Shown here: in pieces, positions 24,368-38,077 of the stretch | How positions within the stretch are numbered: position 1 is the first letter of the stretch | Layout: each line of letters opens with the position of its first letter | Assembly (NCBI GenBank): GCA_010093815.1 | Contig: ML996574.1 | DNA length: 64,000 nt | Source of the DNA: Pseudovirgaria hyperparasitica | Lineage: Eukaryota | Reading direction: 5' to 3' (one strand) | Made by a program: the position numbers and the translations under genes | The notes under the pieces: model-generated | What the model was told of the DNA's origin: nothing | Seen by the model: the letters and a program-made list of their open reading frames with translations, nothing else | The model's database searches: none

Positions 24368-26548
24368 CTACCCAACCTCCAACCGCAGCGCATCATACTG
24401 CACATACACACTCTCCGGCAACACCGCCGTCTCCGGCGCAGTAGCATTAGCAGGCAAACTAAGCACAATAGTATTCAAGGCAGAGGCACGCAGAAGGTCC
24501 GTAGCAAACGCGAATTCGTGCGCGAGCGTATAGCACGTAGCCGCGGAGCGCGCAGCGCAAGACGAGCTATGATTAGAGCTATGGAATCATTAACCATCCA
24601 TCCGTACAATCAACAATACGAAAACAAAAAAAAATGATGAAAAGGGGGGGGGGAACAACTCACGGAATAACCCAAACCGGCAACTCAACACCATTAACCA
24701 CAACCGTGAACGGCAGATCCACCCACGCCTTCTCCACCCCATCAGCATCATCATTATTCCCCGTCGACGTCTTCGCACCCGCAAGCTGCACCGTCAACAC
24801 CGCGCTCTCCCGCCCGGCCAGATCCGCGTCTTCCAACCCAAAAGTAAGCGTCCAATTATTCACATTCGCGTAATACGGCTCGGGACGGAGGCTATTCGCC
24901 TTGCCGCCAAACACGCTCCAATGCGCGTAATTGAGGCCTAGCGCGACATCGTCCTTGTCGACGTCAAACACGACGCCGTTCGGGAAATCGGAGGGGAAGT
25001 CGTGCACGGCCCAGTAGAGGCGGTATTGGGCTGGATGCCGGGTGCGGGAGAGGTCGGGCGCGTTGCCGTGGCGGAACTCGCCTGCGCTGCGGTCCGGGGT
25101 GTCGATGCGCCAGAGTTCGGTGCCGTGGGAGGTAGGTGTCCAGGTGGCGGTTGTAGACTGAGTTTTGCTGGGTGCGACGACGATGTTGTCCTGGGTGTAG
25201 GCGCCGAAGATGCCGTCGGCGTAGACGGTCAGGCGGTAGGTGCCTGCTTTGACGTTTGGGATGCGGACGGTGCCGGAGGAGGGGTCGATGTCGGCCCAGT
25301 ACTGGTATGCGGGGGTGTCGAAGTTGTTGTCTTGGAAGTCGCGGTTGTTGGCTGCGAGGACGGCGATGGGGCGTGAGGCTGTGGGTGGGAGGGTGATTGT
25401 GCCTTGCCATGTCCCGCGGTCGGAGGACGGGGTGTAGCCGGGGACGTATTTTGAGATGGAGTCGTAGAAAGCAATTGCCCAGTTTGGGTCCGCGAATTGA
25501 GAGGCGTCTTTGCGGAGGTCTTGGAGGGTTGAAGACGGGGTGCCTTTGTTGAAGTAGTAGTATTGCTGTGTCCGTGAGTATGCTGGATGATGCGGAGGGA
25601 ACATAATCCACTTACTGGCCCAAACGTCCGATCAAAGCCATCGAGCATAGCTGGTACGCCGTCTCCATGGTGGTTCGATGCTGTTGCACACTATCAGCGC
25701 GATTCATATCCAAATACTTGTCATCCCGACTTACTCAGATAGTTGTACACAATGCCATCGACAGTCAGGTCCGAATGCGTGGGGCCGCCATAGTACGTAT
25801 CCTTCGTGTTCATCACAAGCCAGGCACCAAAAGTCGAGCCATTGGCAGTGTTTCTGCCATCTGCATACATTCCATGGACGGAAGTATCCCTCCAGGTCTC
25901 AGAAAACATGTATTTCGTAAAGTAATCGGAGACCTCCCGGACATACGGATCCGATTTGTTGCCGCCTACATACCAAGTCGCGTCCTGGACAACAGGTGCA
26001 CCGGTGGTGTTTGGCAGCGGTCCATACATGCCATCGCTGGAAGAGAGATGCGTCCAGATAGACGCGCTGGGACGGAAGAGCGTCCTGAACTCCCCAAGGT
26101 CGTTTCCACTATCCGGTACCGACGAGTTGTGATATGCAGCGCGGGAGAACATGTGCAGGCCCGTCTCGCCCTCACGCAGGAACCAGTACTGCTCAAGCGT
26201 CGTGCCAGTCTTCTGGTACTCGTGGCTCATGCGTACGCCTCCGTACGCAATCCCGGTACTATCCGTTCCGTTATACAGTGTGTATGACGCGCCACTCCCA
26301 GGAGTCCATTGCCCTGAGGCAATGCAATGGCAGTCTAGATACGGACCCCGTCCTGTGCCAAGGAGATTCTGGCCGTCCAGGGATAGACTTGCGACCGATC
26401 CGGTACTCTTGCTTACAGAGAAAGCAAGACGGCTATTCGAAATACTCATCGCCGTGCTCGACTCCTTCGTAGTCAGACTCGCGCACACCGGAACGATCAA
26501 CGCCGGAAGCAAGCCCGCAGCGGAGCAGATGAAGTCTTGGATCCGCAT
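24368..26548 (-). CDS. Secreted rhamnogalacturonan lyase, polysaccharide lyase family 4 (4 exons)
   Basis: Signal peptide MRIQDFICSAAGLLPALIVPVCA; GPYLDCHC, QYWFLREGETGLH, GEFRTLFRP, YFTKY, GGPTHSDL, SNHHG, NVKAGTYRLTVYADG, YDALRLEV*. Confidence 0.94.
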
Positions 26549-27752
26549 ACTGGTTGAGTTCCCCAATGTCGATATTTCTTTTCACGGAAACAGGTGACCA
26601 CCCTTCTTATAAGGCCAGAGGCCATAACCAGTTACGAATGGCTCCATTTTGTATACGTATATGCTTCTCGCTCATTTCCGGTTTGCGACGCGCGTGGTGC
26701 TCAAATCCGGCATGCCGGGACAATGATCAACCGAATACGGGCGAACTCCCAAGCGACAAGTGCGTGAGTATGTCCCGTGTAGACGCCACAGGCCGGATGG
26801 GTGTTTAAACCTGGACGCAGTAGGGAATATGGAAATCTCGGGACAGTTGGAAGAGGCAGACGACGTCGCGTCCACTTTGTACTTCCAAGTTGGATGCTTG
26901 TGGGTCGGCTGACTGATTTAGGCCAGGGTGGTCGTGGAGATGCGAATCTCAGAAGTGCTGAAGCAGTGACCATTTATACGCGGTGTCGAGGTGAAAGGGG
27001 TTACCCCTATCTGACCTGACAGTCGCATAATCAAATTCTTGCAGTCATTAGACAGGTTTGCGTATGTCATCGATGTTATGGATATCGTGGTTATGATACA
27101 CAAGTTACCTTAGCAAATAGCAATCGGCACCACACACACATAGAATACATCTGAATCTTTGAGGCAAAGCATCATGAACAATGGCCATGGCATAGTCTAT
27201 GAGCATTCTACCCGTATCTCGTGCTCATGTCTACCGAATATATGTACCTGCTGAGTTCATCATGATAGCTTTGAGCATTTAGTATGTATGTATATAGTTG
27301 GTGTCTGTCACTATACCCCTTACTATCACTACACTTCTAATCTATCGCCATCGCATCACATCAACGCACAAAGCACACACACACACACACTTCAAAAACT
27401 TAATCAAAACCTCAAGTATCTTCCAATCTTCCAAAAAACATCTATCATTCATGTCATAGACCCCTATCCCTCCTCCCTCCCTCCTCCCCCTCCACCACAA
27501 AGCAAAAAAAATAAACGCTGATGAACATGAGATGTACCATACATGGTATAGCATAGCGTATATACACACATATATATGTATACCCAAAACATGCACATGG
27601 CCACCAGAAACCAAAAAAAAAGAAAGACGCTGATATCTCGCACGTAATATACGCTAAATCTCTCACGCACTCACTCATTCCCACAAGAGCTGTGATACAC
27701 TACACCACCTAACTACCACGTGAAAAACAAAAAAACCTAATTTCTCTCAAAA

Positions 27753-29363
27753 CTAGTATCTGTACGTCTGATTCCCATACGTCGTCTGCCGCTCCGCAAT
27801 CGGACTGACCTCGCCCGTTGCCGGCGCCATCCTCGTTTCCGCACCCATGGTGCTCACCGTGTCTGCTCCGGCGCCATAGCCTGGGTCTCCGTTCTGCTGT
27901 GCGCCGTAGCCAGGGTGATAGGGCTCGGTGTAGTCAGTCACGGGCGGCTCGTCCAGTCTCGCGGCATGGGCGGGCGGCGGACCGGTTGGCGCGGCGTATG
28001 CGTCGTCCGAGAACGGGTCTTCTGTGGAGCTGCCGTCGGCAGGCTGGTGCTGCGGAGCAGTCTGGAGGGAGGGAGAGAAGGCTTGGTGCGCGTGCTGGGG
28101 TTTGGGTTGCTGGAGCGGGGGAGGCGAGGATGTTGACATGATGGGCTCGGTCTGGATGACGGGGGGTAGATGCGGGAGGTCTTTGATTTCTTGCTGTGGC
28201 GGTGGAGAGGAGATTTGTTGTAGTGGAGTGATTACGCCGCTGTTGTTGGGGGAGGGAGACATGCCGAGGGCGCGGCGGGCTGCGAGGACTGCGCGCTGGT
28301 GTTTGCTGGCTGCGAGACTGAGTTGCTCGTTGGTCTCGATGAGGGTGAGCATCGTGTCGTCGTCGGGCGGCGGTGAGTCGCAATTGATGTACCCCTGTAT
28401 GCTCTTGTGTGCGGATTGACAGCGGTCTGCGAATTCTTTGATCAAGTCGTTGCTAAACACCTCATTCGGCGGGGTCGACTGGACAAGCTGTAGCAGTAGC
28501 TTCGCAGAAGTTCGTGCCTCTTCAATCCGCGCAGCAAGTTCCGTAGGTGGCGGAAGAGTCCTACTCCGCGAGCGATGGCTGCCATGTTGCGAGCCTGGGT
28601 TGAACGCCTGCTGCTGCTGTTGCACCGCCCGGTTGCCAAAGTGTGGGTTCTGCTGCGTCATAGTCATCTCTCTCCTCCACATCGCAAACAGGGTGTTGAG
28701 GTTCGTATCATATGCTTTCTCCCTTTCTAGTGCATCCAATGTCTCCCTCAGTATCTGGTTCACGCTGGGATCGCGACCATTCCGCAAGAGTTGCTTGGCC
28801 GCATCGGTAAACTTTTGATCGAGATTCTTGGTGAAGGATGGCCCAGGATTGTCCGCCAGTATCCGGATCAGCATGATGGCATTGTATTGGATCGAGGGCT
28901 TGTTGTTGTACTTTTCAGACAAGAATTTCCGGATTTGGTTCGCAGCCGCGCCGGCAGCTTGAGGAGAGGCAACAGCATTCTCGACGATGGTAGGGAGGTG
29001 CAGGACTTCTTCGCCCTGCCAACACACTTAGTCAGTCGTTGCTCGCGCATGCGCATGGACAGGATGAGTTGTCTACTCACAGAATTTGCGGAAGCAGACT
29101 CGCAGAACGATTTCTATTGGCGCCGCGTCAGCTTCCGTCGCATATATGGATAGATGTGAATGGTTGTCCAAAGACAGCTTACCACTCCCTGCACGACCTG
29201 GGCTTCGGGCGAATTCTTGTCCTGCGATGCATCATCTGCGCCTGCTAGCAAGTCATGTCTTAGTTATATGCTCTCGTCGATTTTCTCGCAGCTCTCGCGG
29301 TCTTGAAAGGGCGGACGTACCCTTCTCGCCTCGAATCAGGGTGGAGATGCGCTTGAGCATCAT
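27753..29363 (-). CDS. VHS/GAT-domain endocytic adaptor (Lsb5/Tom1-like); introns 29242-29320, 29114-29182, 29016-29080
   Basis: Spliced N-terminus through to GEEVLHLPTIVE; VHS-like QYNAIMLIRILADNPGPSF; GAT-like LIKEFADRC...LIETNEQL; P-rich tail. Confidence 0.85.
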
Positions 29364-30489
29364 TGTGAGATGAGGGTGGTGTAGTCGCGGCGGCGAACAG
29401 GACGCAGAGGCGATGAGGAATATAAGCCGAGTACGAGGGGTTTGACCAGCTGCAGGAATCCTCAACTCTTGTTGAACAATAGAACCAGCCTTGTCTTCGT
29501 CTTTCAGTCTGACAGTCAAAGAGTTGTCGCGGGACAAGACACAATGAGACCTCAGACCAGGTACCAGGGATATGCAGCAGCCTAAAATGCCTAAAATGCC
29601 TGAAATGCCGCTACCAGAACCACTAGAGCACCTCAGGCGCCTAATAATAGTCGACAAAAACAAGTGATAGGCAACCTCGAAAGGCAAAAAAAGAAAACAA
29701 TAAATAGAACAGGATCGGGGGCCAAGGACGGCTCTCTTCGGTATAATAATAATTATGCCTATCTCGTAGGAATTTAAAGAGAGATAGATGGAGCCGGGCA
29801 ACAGTGCGTGTCTCTCTCTCTCTCTCTCTCCCTCTCTGCAGGGATATATATGTATGGATATCTCCGCAAAAGCCCGCAGCCGGACCCTTTTTTTAAAACG
29901 CCTTGTTTGCTGCACAGCCCCCTAATGCAGGCGACTCACTGACGACGACGCGCAGATCAAACACGCAAGCCTTTTTTTAGTCAGTTCCCATAGTGTCTAT
30001 CACTAATATTATTAGAACAAGACGGACAACCGACACGGCTTCAAATAGATAACAGTCTGTATATCATAATATACGTAAGTAGTTCCAATCACTCTCGTTC
30101 GTTGAATGTATCTATTCAAAAACTTGTGACTCTCTGTTTGTTTGCAGAGTGTCTTCGTCTATGTATCAAAACCGTAGGCAACCAACCTAGGTAGAGTGTG
30201 TGCGCGTCAAGACCATTGGCATCGTCGTCATGCCAAGCACAAGCACAAACACAAACACAGACACAGAATCGGCACTTCCGACTTCTTCCAATCCAACGCC
30301 GTTTTTTGCTAAATCGCTGCAAGTCTGGGTATAATCAGGAGGGGGAATGAAAAGCCCAAAGGAGTCCTCCCCGAACAGAACAATCAATATATATACATTC
30401 GTGTCCGGTTCTCTTTTTTTTTTTCGAAAATGGGTACATACACCAACATCATGCGCTGTATACACGCGGGTGTCTGGCTGGCGTGTTTC

Positions 30490-32549
30490 TCATGTCACTG
30501 CCTCGCCGAGATACGCAAAGTCGTCTACGAGTTGCGAGATCTGACTCGCCTCTGCGTGCAGACCAGACTTCTGCTGGTGTGCCGTCGGTGGGCGCGAAGC
30601 TTGAGGTGTAAAGCTCTCGAACGGTTTCGAAGGCTCCAGTTCGAATCGTGTGAGGGTAGCTTCGGAATTGTCTGGGTGGCCCATCAGACTATAGCCGTAA
30701 AGCGTTGACCCGTGCACTACATTCGGCGAAGACGAGACCTTCGCAGAGCCTGGTGGAGGATCCCGTAGCTGGAAAGGCGTCGAGCATAGTGGCCCATTAT
30801 TGTCTAGTACTAAGCGGTCGAAGCCGAGCTCTTCGTCGTCGCCCAAGAGTTCAGCGTCCGGTTGGAAGAAGCGTTCGAGTCGGGCACCCAGGTCAGGGGT
30901 ATGGATACCACTCGAATACTCGCTCAGTGAACTGAATGTGGGTGACAGTAAGGGCTCGTTCACGAAGACGGGCATTTCCCACGTGACCGAGTTGTTCCTA
31001 CCCCATACATCGAGACTGCTCGATGACTCGCTGCTTGGAAGTACGTCTCCTTCATCGCCGTCGGATCGCAATTGGAAATGGAAATCAGGGAGAGTCTCGT
31101 CGACTTCCTCAGGGAGTGGAGCCAGCATCGGGACGTCCTTGTCTAGTATGTTCAGCAAGTGTACGTCTCCTTCTGGCGAGGCACGTCTCGAAGGCGGCCT
31201 GGTGGGGTATGGATAAGTATATTCCATGCCAGATGGTGAAAATTCTCTCAATTCCTGCTCGGATATGATGTCTTCGTAGTTGCCCTCGTTTACATCTTCT
31301 GGGATATCGACGAGATCATTATAGGCTGTAGGATGTCGAGTGGGAGATGTATTGTTAGTGCTGTCATTTGAAGTAGACCTGCGATGTGAGAAAAGCCCGG
31401 AGAAGTCTTGTCGAAGTCTCGAACTTGCAACCGATTGTTGCGAGTTTGATCGACTTGGGAACACGAGTCCATCGTGAAGATATAAATCCTCCGTATCGTG
31501 CCCGGCAGTCGGATTGTAGTCATAGATCAGCTGCTCTTCCTCCTCTCCAATTACCTCACCGATTCTCTCTAGATCTGGTGAGACGGCGCGGGACGATACG
31601 TGCAGGCCATGCCTGGATGTCGAGACTGAGCTTTGGGACCACTGTGAAGGTGTGGTCGACGATGATGGGGAACACATGTGGAGACGGCCGTCTTCAGTCG
31701 ACAACAGGAACGGGTTGATATGGCTGTCCTCGTCGCTTACCGGTAATTGTCGAGCCCGAGATCTGCCTCTTCCAGTATCTGTATCTGGACTGTAGCCACG
31801 CATGGGTATTATACCATTATGGGCTGCTACTACTGGCGAATCTGAAGCTGAACGTGCACGTCGTACAGGATACTCCCGAGTTACTCGCCTATATCCGAGG
31901 TTTGTCCCAGCTGAGCGGCATCTCACGAGCCTGGGCGATGTTTGCGGTAAGGTCACCCCTGCTGCGGTACGTTTGCTGACCTTTGGTAGACGCAGAGCCT
32001 CCTTTGGATGTGGTGTCTGGTACTTGTCCTCGGGATTCAGAGACGGTACGATTATTTGATCATTTGATGCAGGGGCAATGGCGGTACTGTCCGTTGGGAC
32101 CTCAAGAACGTTAAGCTGCTGACCAGGCAACAATGGACACAAGGTCGTAACCGGATATGATGGATCGGAATACTCGATTTCTCCATCTAGGCGATACTGG
32201 AGAGAAATGAGCTTAGACATTAGTCCGTGGACGTTTGATATACTCACATAGAACCAGTATATGCCTCCCATGAGGAGCCCACCCTCACGTTTGTTGGTAA
32301 GATGTTCAATGTCACCATCGCAGATGATGTTTTTGAAGCGGTAGCAGCCTGTCCAGTGGCCCAAGCCTTTCCGCCTATCCCGTTTCATGTTATAGGGAGA
32401 GCTGAAATTGTCCCATGAGCCTAAAAGTTCAACAGTCCTTACGGACTGGGAGCATTGACTACATGTCGTCAGCTATCGCAACCACATACATGACCCTACA
32501 GCTACGGAAGTGCTTACAGCATGAATGTCATTAGCGTGGTGGACTCCAT
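30490..32549 (-). CDS. Protein with N-terminal AMPK-beta/CBM48-like glycogen-binding domain and long disordered S/D/E-rich tail (2 introns)
   Basis: MESTTLMTFML|..VRTVELLGSWDNFS..MGGIYWFY|YRLDG..CPLLPGQQLNVLEVP; 632-codon ORF. Confidence 0.82.
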
Positions 32550-35500
32550 GGCGCAGGTAATATGTGATATACAATGTTTGAAATGTAGATACCATGCATG
32601 TCAAGTATGAGTAGTCAGATGCAGCAAGTATCCAAGAAGGCTTCTAGAGCAATTGCTAGGAAGTAGAGTACTCAAACATTTGCCGGGTCGTATATTAAAT
32701 ATCGCGGGTCGACTATGGGTAGCTGGATACAGGTAGGATTGTGGTGAGGGTGGAATGATCGGGGCGGATAATGGCAGCCACTGAGGAATGTGTGCCAGGG
32801 GACCGCGAGGAGCAGATACAGGGTCGAGATTGTATAGCCGATGCAGATATGCGCCAAGTCGTCAAGGCTATAGCATATGGTATTATACGGTCAAGATCGA
32901 GTACAGTGAATCCTTTAGACTGGAGATCTTGTCAAAGGCCATAAGGCTGGGAATATATGTTGGGCACACCAACAGATGGTTTTGGGAAGGAGCGACTTGA
33001 AGGAGAGCGTAGTAATCTGATTGAAACCTGAATGAAGGTATATTATAGGTAATAGCCCCAAAAGAAATAGAGAGCAGCCTCTGCAAACCAAAAAAATTGA
33101 AGAAGCACAGAGCAAGGATAGTAGCGGGAGTGGATCCACAACATGGGCCAGCACGAGAGCAAAATACGGTGGACGACCAGGTAAAAGACGAAGAAGAATG
33201 GCTGGAACGAGAGGTTCACGAGGCAGTGAACTCAAATCAAGACCCAGGACGAAGGGCAAAGCAGAATAGACCAATGCAGCAGAGTGTTTAGCGATGGCGA
33301 CGCTAGGCGACACAAGGCAGATGGTAAGGGGTGCACGCTCGACGGTTCATTCACATTGGACAAAACGACGCCGCCAGCGGGACCGAATGGATGGATCCAC
33401 ATTCAACTCCTGTCAGGATCACGCCCTCGAGATGCTGCAACTGCAACATGCGATCACTGGTTCTCGCCCTCGAGTGGCGCTGCAGCTGCGTCAGGATGGT
33501 TCAGGCGCAATACGATGAGCATACACTTGCAACCAGTGGACGGCAGTGACCCAGTTCCGACCGTTGCTGCGCTGGACCAACGACATCAACGTATGTCGGC
33601 AGGTAACCAACAACAATAAGCAATTGAGCAGCAGGTTTCCGGTTCCTGTCAAAGTTGCTGGCTTCATGGTCCTAGAGTAAAGCCGACGACGATCTGGTTC
33701 CCGTCCCTTGATCCCTTGGCCGGCGCTACCTTAATGGCCGATGTGAGACTCTGGACATGGTACAATATTGTTTTACAGCACGCACAGTTGTGCTCAAGGT
33801 CCTTCGTGGTCTTTATCTATCTCTATTCAGCAGTCGATTGCCGTAATCCACTCCTGTGTTGTATGGACGGACAGGAATACACAACCTCAGACACTGTCAT
33901 CGTCGCTGTCCCCGAATGCAACAGCCACTTTGTGCCACAGGAGTCAGAACCACAGCGGCCATTTAAGCGCGAAGCCTTGTTCAAACTCCAGTTGCAGCAC
34001 GCGCCGCACGTGTGGGCTGCAGCTGGAGCTGAATGGTGGGTCAATGGCAGCGATTCGCCTTCCATAACTTCATTTCCTTTTCATACACGCTAAGTCATGG
34101 CGCCCTCATTTCCGGCCAGACTACAATGTATCGCCGACACGGCACTATCAAGAAATTTGACGGCGGGCCCAGTGATGGTGGCAGTGCCGGTGACAGTGAC
34201 AGTGACGGCGGCTGTCGCATTGAAGGCCACAGTTCATGTTCCACCATGCGGGAGACGAGACGATGCGTAACGGCGAGGGTAGTAGGAGAGGAGAGGAGAA
34301 AGGGGCCAGCTCGAGCCCTCAGCCTTTTTTAACCTTCTATCATTCAGCATTCAGCATTCAGCCAGCCAGCTGACAGCGGAGAGTCGTAAAACGGCCGAGG
34401 GGTGCCCGCGATTAACGGTCTGGTCCCGCCGAGAACCCCACCGTCCACGGGTGATAGCCCCGACCCCTTTCTTGGCCTGATCAATCCTCGCAGCGTACAG
34501 TAATTATTATTTGCTTCATTCCTCTCACTTACCTGTGTACACAATACACAGCACACTTCTTGCACCACCTGGACAACATTCACACGCTCTGTCACCATTC
34601 GCATAACAGTCATAGTCATACCCTCATATCTCCGTCCTGTTCTCGTCTCAAGTCCCACAGCGCAGGCTGACAGTAATATCTTCTTTGTCTCACGCTGTTG
34701 CTGTTGCACACCAGAAACAGTCCATGGACGCTTCTGAACAAGACTACTTCATCTCGCATACAACGTGGCCGCTTTGTTCCCATCTGTACATCATGCAAGC
34801 CATGCTATCATTCAACCCGCTTTACACGCATATCTGCCGAGACCACGTGAATGCACATCTTCGTACAACGACACACTGAACTCTGCCCCAGTCGATACCA
34901 CGACAACCTTGGTTCAACATCCTGTCTGTCATGATAGAGCGAATGATTCAGTCCTCGGACTGTTTGCCATTAATCTATAGAGTCCGGGGAATCTCTTATT
35001 CTCAGTTATATTGATGTCCTCGCGATGGACTACGACTGCGATGTCATGCCAGATTATATTGCTGTAAACGGGCCTACTAACTACCCTAAACATGTAGGTG
35101 CTAGAACGTCTTCTCATATATTATCCTGAATGACTGGAGTCTTCATCGTATCGACGACCGCCCTCTTAGGATACCCAATATGAAGGTCGCCCGACAAATC
35201 ATCGAGAAATCTAAATCGAACAAAAGCATGAATCGTCGATGTTACACACCTGTACTTTCTCTGTACGTTCACCAGGTGATATCAGTATGCTCATATACTA
35301 TGGGCTGCCTTTCTATTCACCTACATTCCTATACATACCACGTGACAGCACAGCAAATCAATATCAGGTAACCTCACTCACGGATAAAATGCTAAATGAA
35401 CCATCATCGTTCAAATATGGAAGATAATAAGTGCTCCTTGTGATTACGTAGCAACAGCTGACTTTCAGGAGGTAGGACGTTGGAACATCAAGCGTTCTGA

Positions 35501-36660
35501 CGTAACTCAAGAGCCCAACCAGTCACCGATCAGTATCATGTACCAGATAAATACATCCAAGACTCAAAAGTTAGCATATCTGACCTATCCAATAGCCCCG
35601 ATTCATCACCTTGAAAGAGCAACCAAACACCAATTTCTGCCTCTAATGTCCTGATTTTCATCATCAGCCATCTTCCTGCCTCCCGCAGGACCTAGATAAC
35701 CAGACATATAGACCGCGATCCAGCCCAGAAGACGTCGAGTCCTTAGCCAGCATTATCGTCCATATGCATACTTTCGAACATTATATACCACGTTTCGCTT
35801 TCCATCGTAGCTGCGTTTGAGGCCGCTAATGTCTAAACCCTGCAATCGATAGCTTTACGATCTACTGTATACGAACGAGCATGGGTCGAGATCTCGGTGG
35901 CTCCAATGGCATACGTGGGTCACTATCCTTACTACTTGTGGTGGCCTATATTGCATAGTCAACTGACTGGACCCGATAGCTTGATTTGATACTACTACCA
36001 AGATGGTGGACATCAGATGGAATTCCCCACTAGTCAGCATCAGACTAAAGAGCTCAAACATCAGATTGTATCCTAGCAGACCGCTACTAAGTCAGTGATA
36101 ACATCAAGGAAATCCATGAATTTGGAAAGTGAGTCCCCGGCCAAAGTTCATGTGGGGTAGAAAGACGACAGTTCTCGATACCGAGATCTGCAATGCTGAC
36201 AGGGATACACAACGACGCCGGACGATCGACGTAGCGGAACAGCAGACGATCCTCCGGGGTGCATATTGGATATCCCACATCGAGGCATCCATTATACATG
36301 CAAAGCTTCATCTTATCCGTTCACTACTTTAAAACCCCATCACTCCCATGGCCTCGACTCGACTCGAATCCTGAACCTTCGAGCATGGCTCTACCCCATG
36401 CATACCGCAACTCCCTAACGCATCCCTAAACGACCGTGAATCGCAAGCACGAACCGTCACCAGCAACCGCCTCCCAGAAAAGTGACTACACCCACCACCC
36501 TCCCATCCCATCCCAAACCGTGAATTCCCAACCAGTCATACCCCCCAACATTCACCCTCGCCCACACTAAAAACCCCCCGTCCGTCCGTCCGTCCGTCCT
36601 CGCAATACCACCAATCTCATCCACCACACACACACAGAGACAGACAGACACAAAACCACC

Positions 36661-37436
36661 ATGCGCCCGATCCTCCTCGCAACACTCCTCCTCCCCCTAC
36701 CCACCACCTCCACCCCCATAACCGGCCTCTTCACACTCACCGCCCACGCGCCCACAAACCCCCTCTTCAACGCCCTCAAACTAAACTACGTCGGCCGCGC
36801 CGCCCTCTTCCAGCCCCAAGCACGCAGCTACTGCGGCGCCAATCCAGCCTCGCTGTGTCCGAACGGCACCGAAACAGTCTGGGGCAACGGCTTGTATCCC
36901 GTAAGTCTGTCCGTGCATACATCCACCCATACCGGGCATAGAGCCTAGATATAGACATCGACATAGACAGCCACGAGTACAAAACGCTGACATGGAGAAC
37001 ACAGTACGCCCTCGTGCCCGGCGGCCAGGACACATACGCCGAGGCCTCGGGCCTCGTGCGCATCCTCCCGCAGCACTCGCACCAGATTCCTAGCGGCGCC
37101 TTCCATGCTTACGAGGGCTTCGTCTGCGCTGCGGAACTCCCGGCGTCGTATGTGCCGCCGCTTGATGGGCCGTGTAATGAGACGGATCCTGTGTATGACT
37201 GTCGGAAGCCGGAGGGTCTGTGTACGTGGAGATTACCGGGTGGTGGTGAGGGGGAGGAAGGGAGTGGGGTGTTTGCGTGCGAGGATGGCGAGGGGGTGAG
37301 GAATGGGACGACGACGACGAATGGAGTGAGTATCTTTGTGCGGACGCCGGGGTTTGCGCGGACGGATTGTGTGGGGTTGGAGGGGCTGGCGACGCATGTG
37401 CATGATAGTTCGTTTGAGGTGTGGGCGTATGTGTGA
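36661..37436 (+). CDS. Small secreted Cys-containing protein, fungal IgE-binding-protein-like family; intron 36901-37004
   Basis: Signal peptide; SYC..CPNGTET, VPGGQxxY..G....HS..IP motif, C-terminal C...WAY. Confidence 0.78.
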
Positions 37437-38077
37437 GGTGGGATGATGTTTTGTGGGAGTGGGGTTGGATTGTATGTGTTTTGTGTGTTTGGATAGGGGC
37501 TGGAATTATGTATTAGGAATAACCGATGGGATAGGGGATTGGTTGTCGGTCTGGATATCTTGTGTTAGGAGACATAGCGTAGTGTATAATAACAATCTAC
37601 CTCAAACAGCCGAGCGCTCATCAAGCTTCGTACACCGTACGAATGCAATAATCCAGCAAAACATCCATTCATTCATTCCAACATACTCACCCCTTCGATC
37701 CTATCCCACATCCCAACTAGCCTCCAAAAGAAACCCCCTGACAAAACCCCCCCTAAATCATCACCAATGTCACAAACATCTAGGACAACCCCTCCTTCTC
37801 AGTGGGTTTTGGATGCTTGTGGGATAGCCATTGGATTGATTGTAAAAAAAGGCATGCCGATATTGTAGATAAGATTGTCAGTCAGGGGGGATCTGGACGT
37901 GGTTTTGTACATGGGGTATGTCCTGTGTTCGCGCTCTTCTGATGGTATGTAGATCTAGGCGGCAGAAGAGAAGCAGAAGTTCGTGTGACACACAAGTAAG
38001 CCTCCCCCGTCACACAAAGCCGTGCCAATAACCACCCCTCCTCTCTCAACACATCCATCCCCCTCCACCCATCCCAC

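Noticed and set aside
20958..26548. P450 plus PL4 lyase as a gene cluster
   Set aside because: No backbone enzyme, transporter or regulator nearby, and no functional link beyond adjacency.
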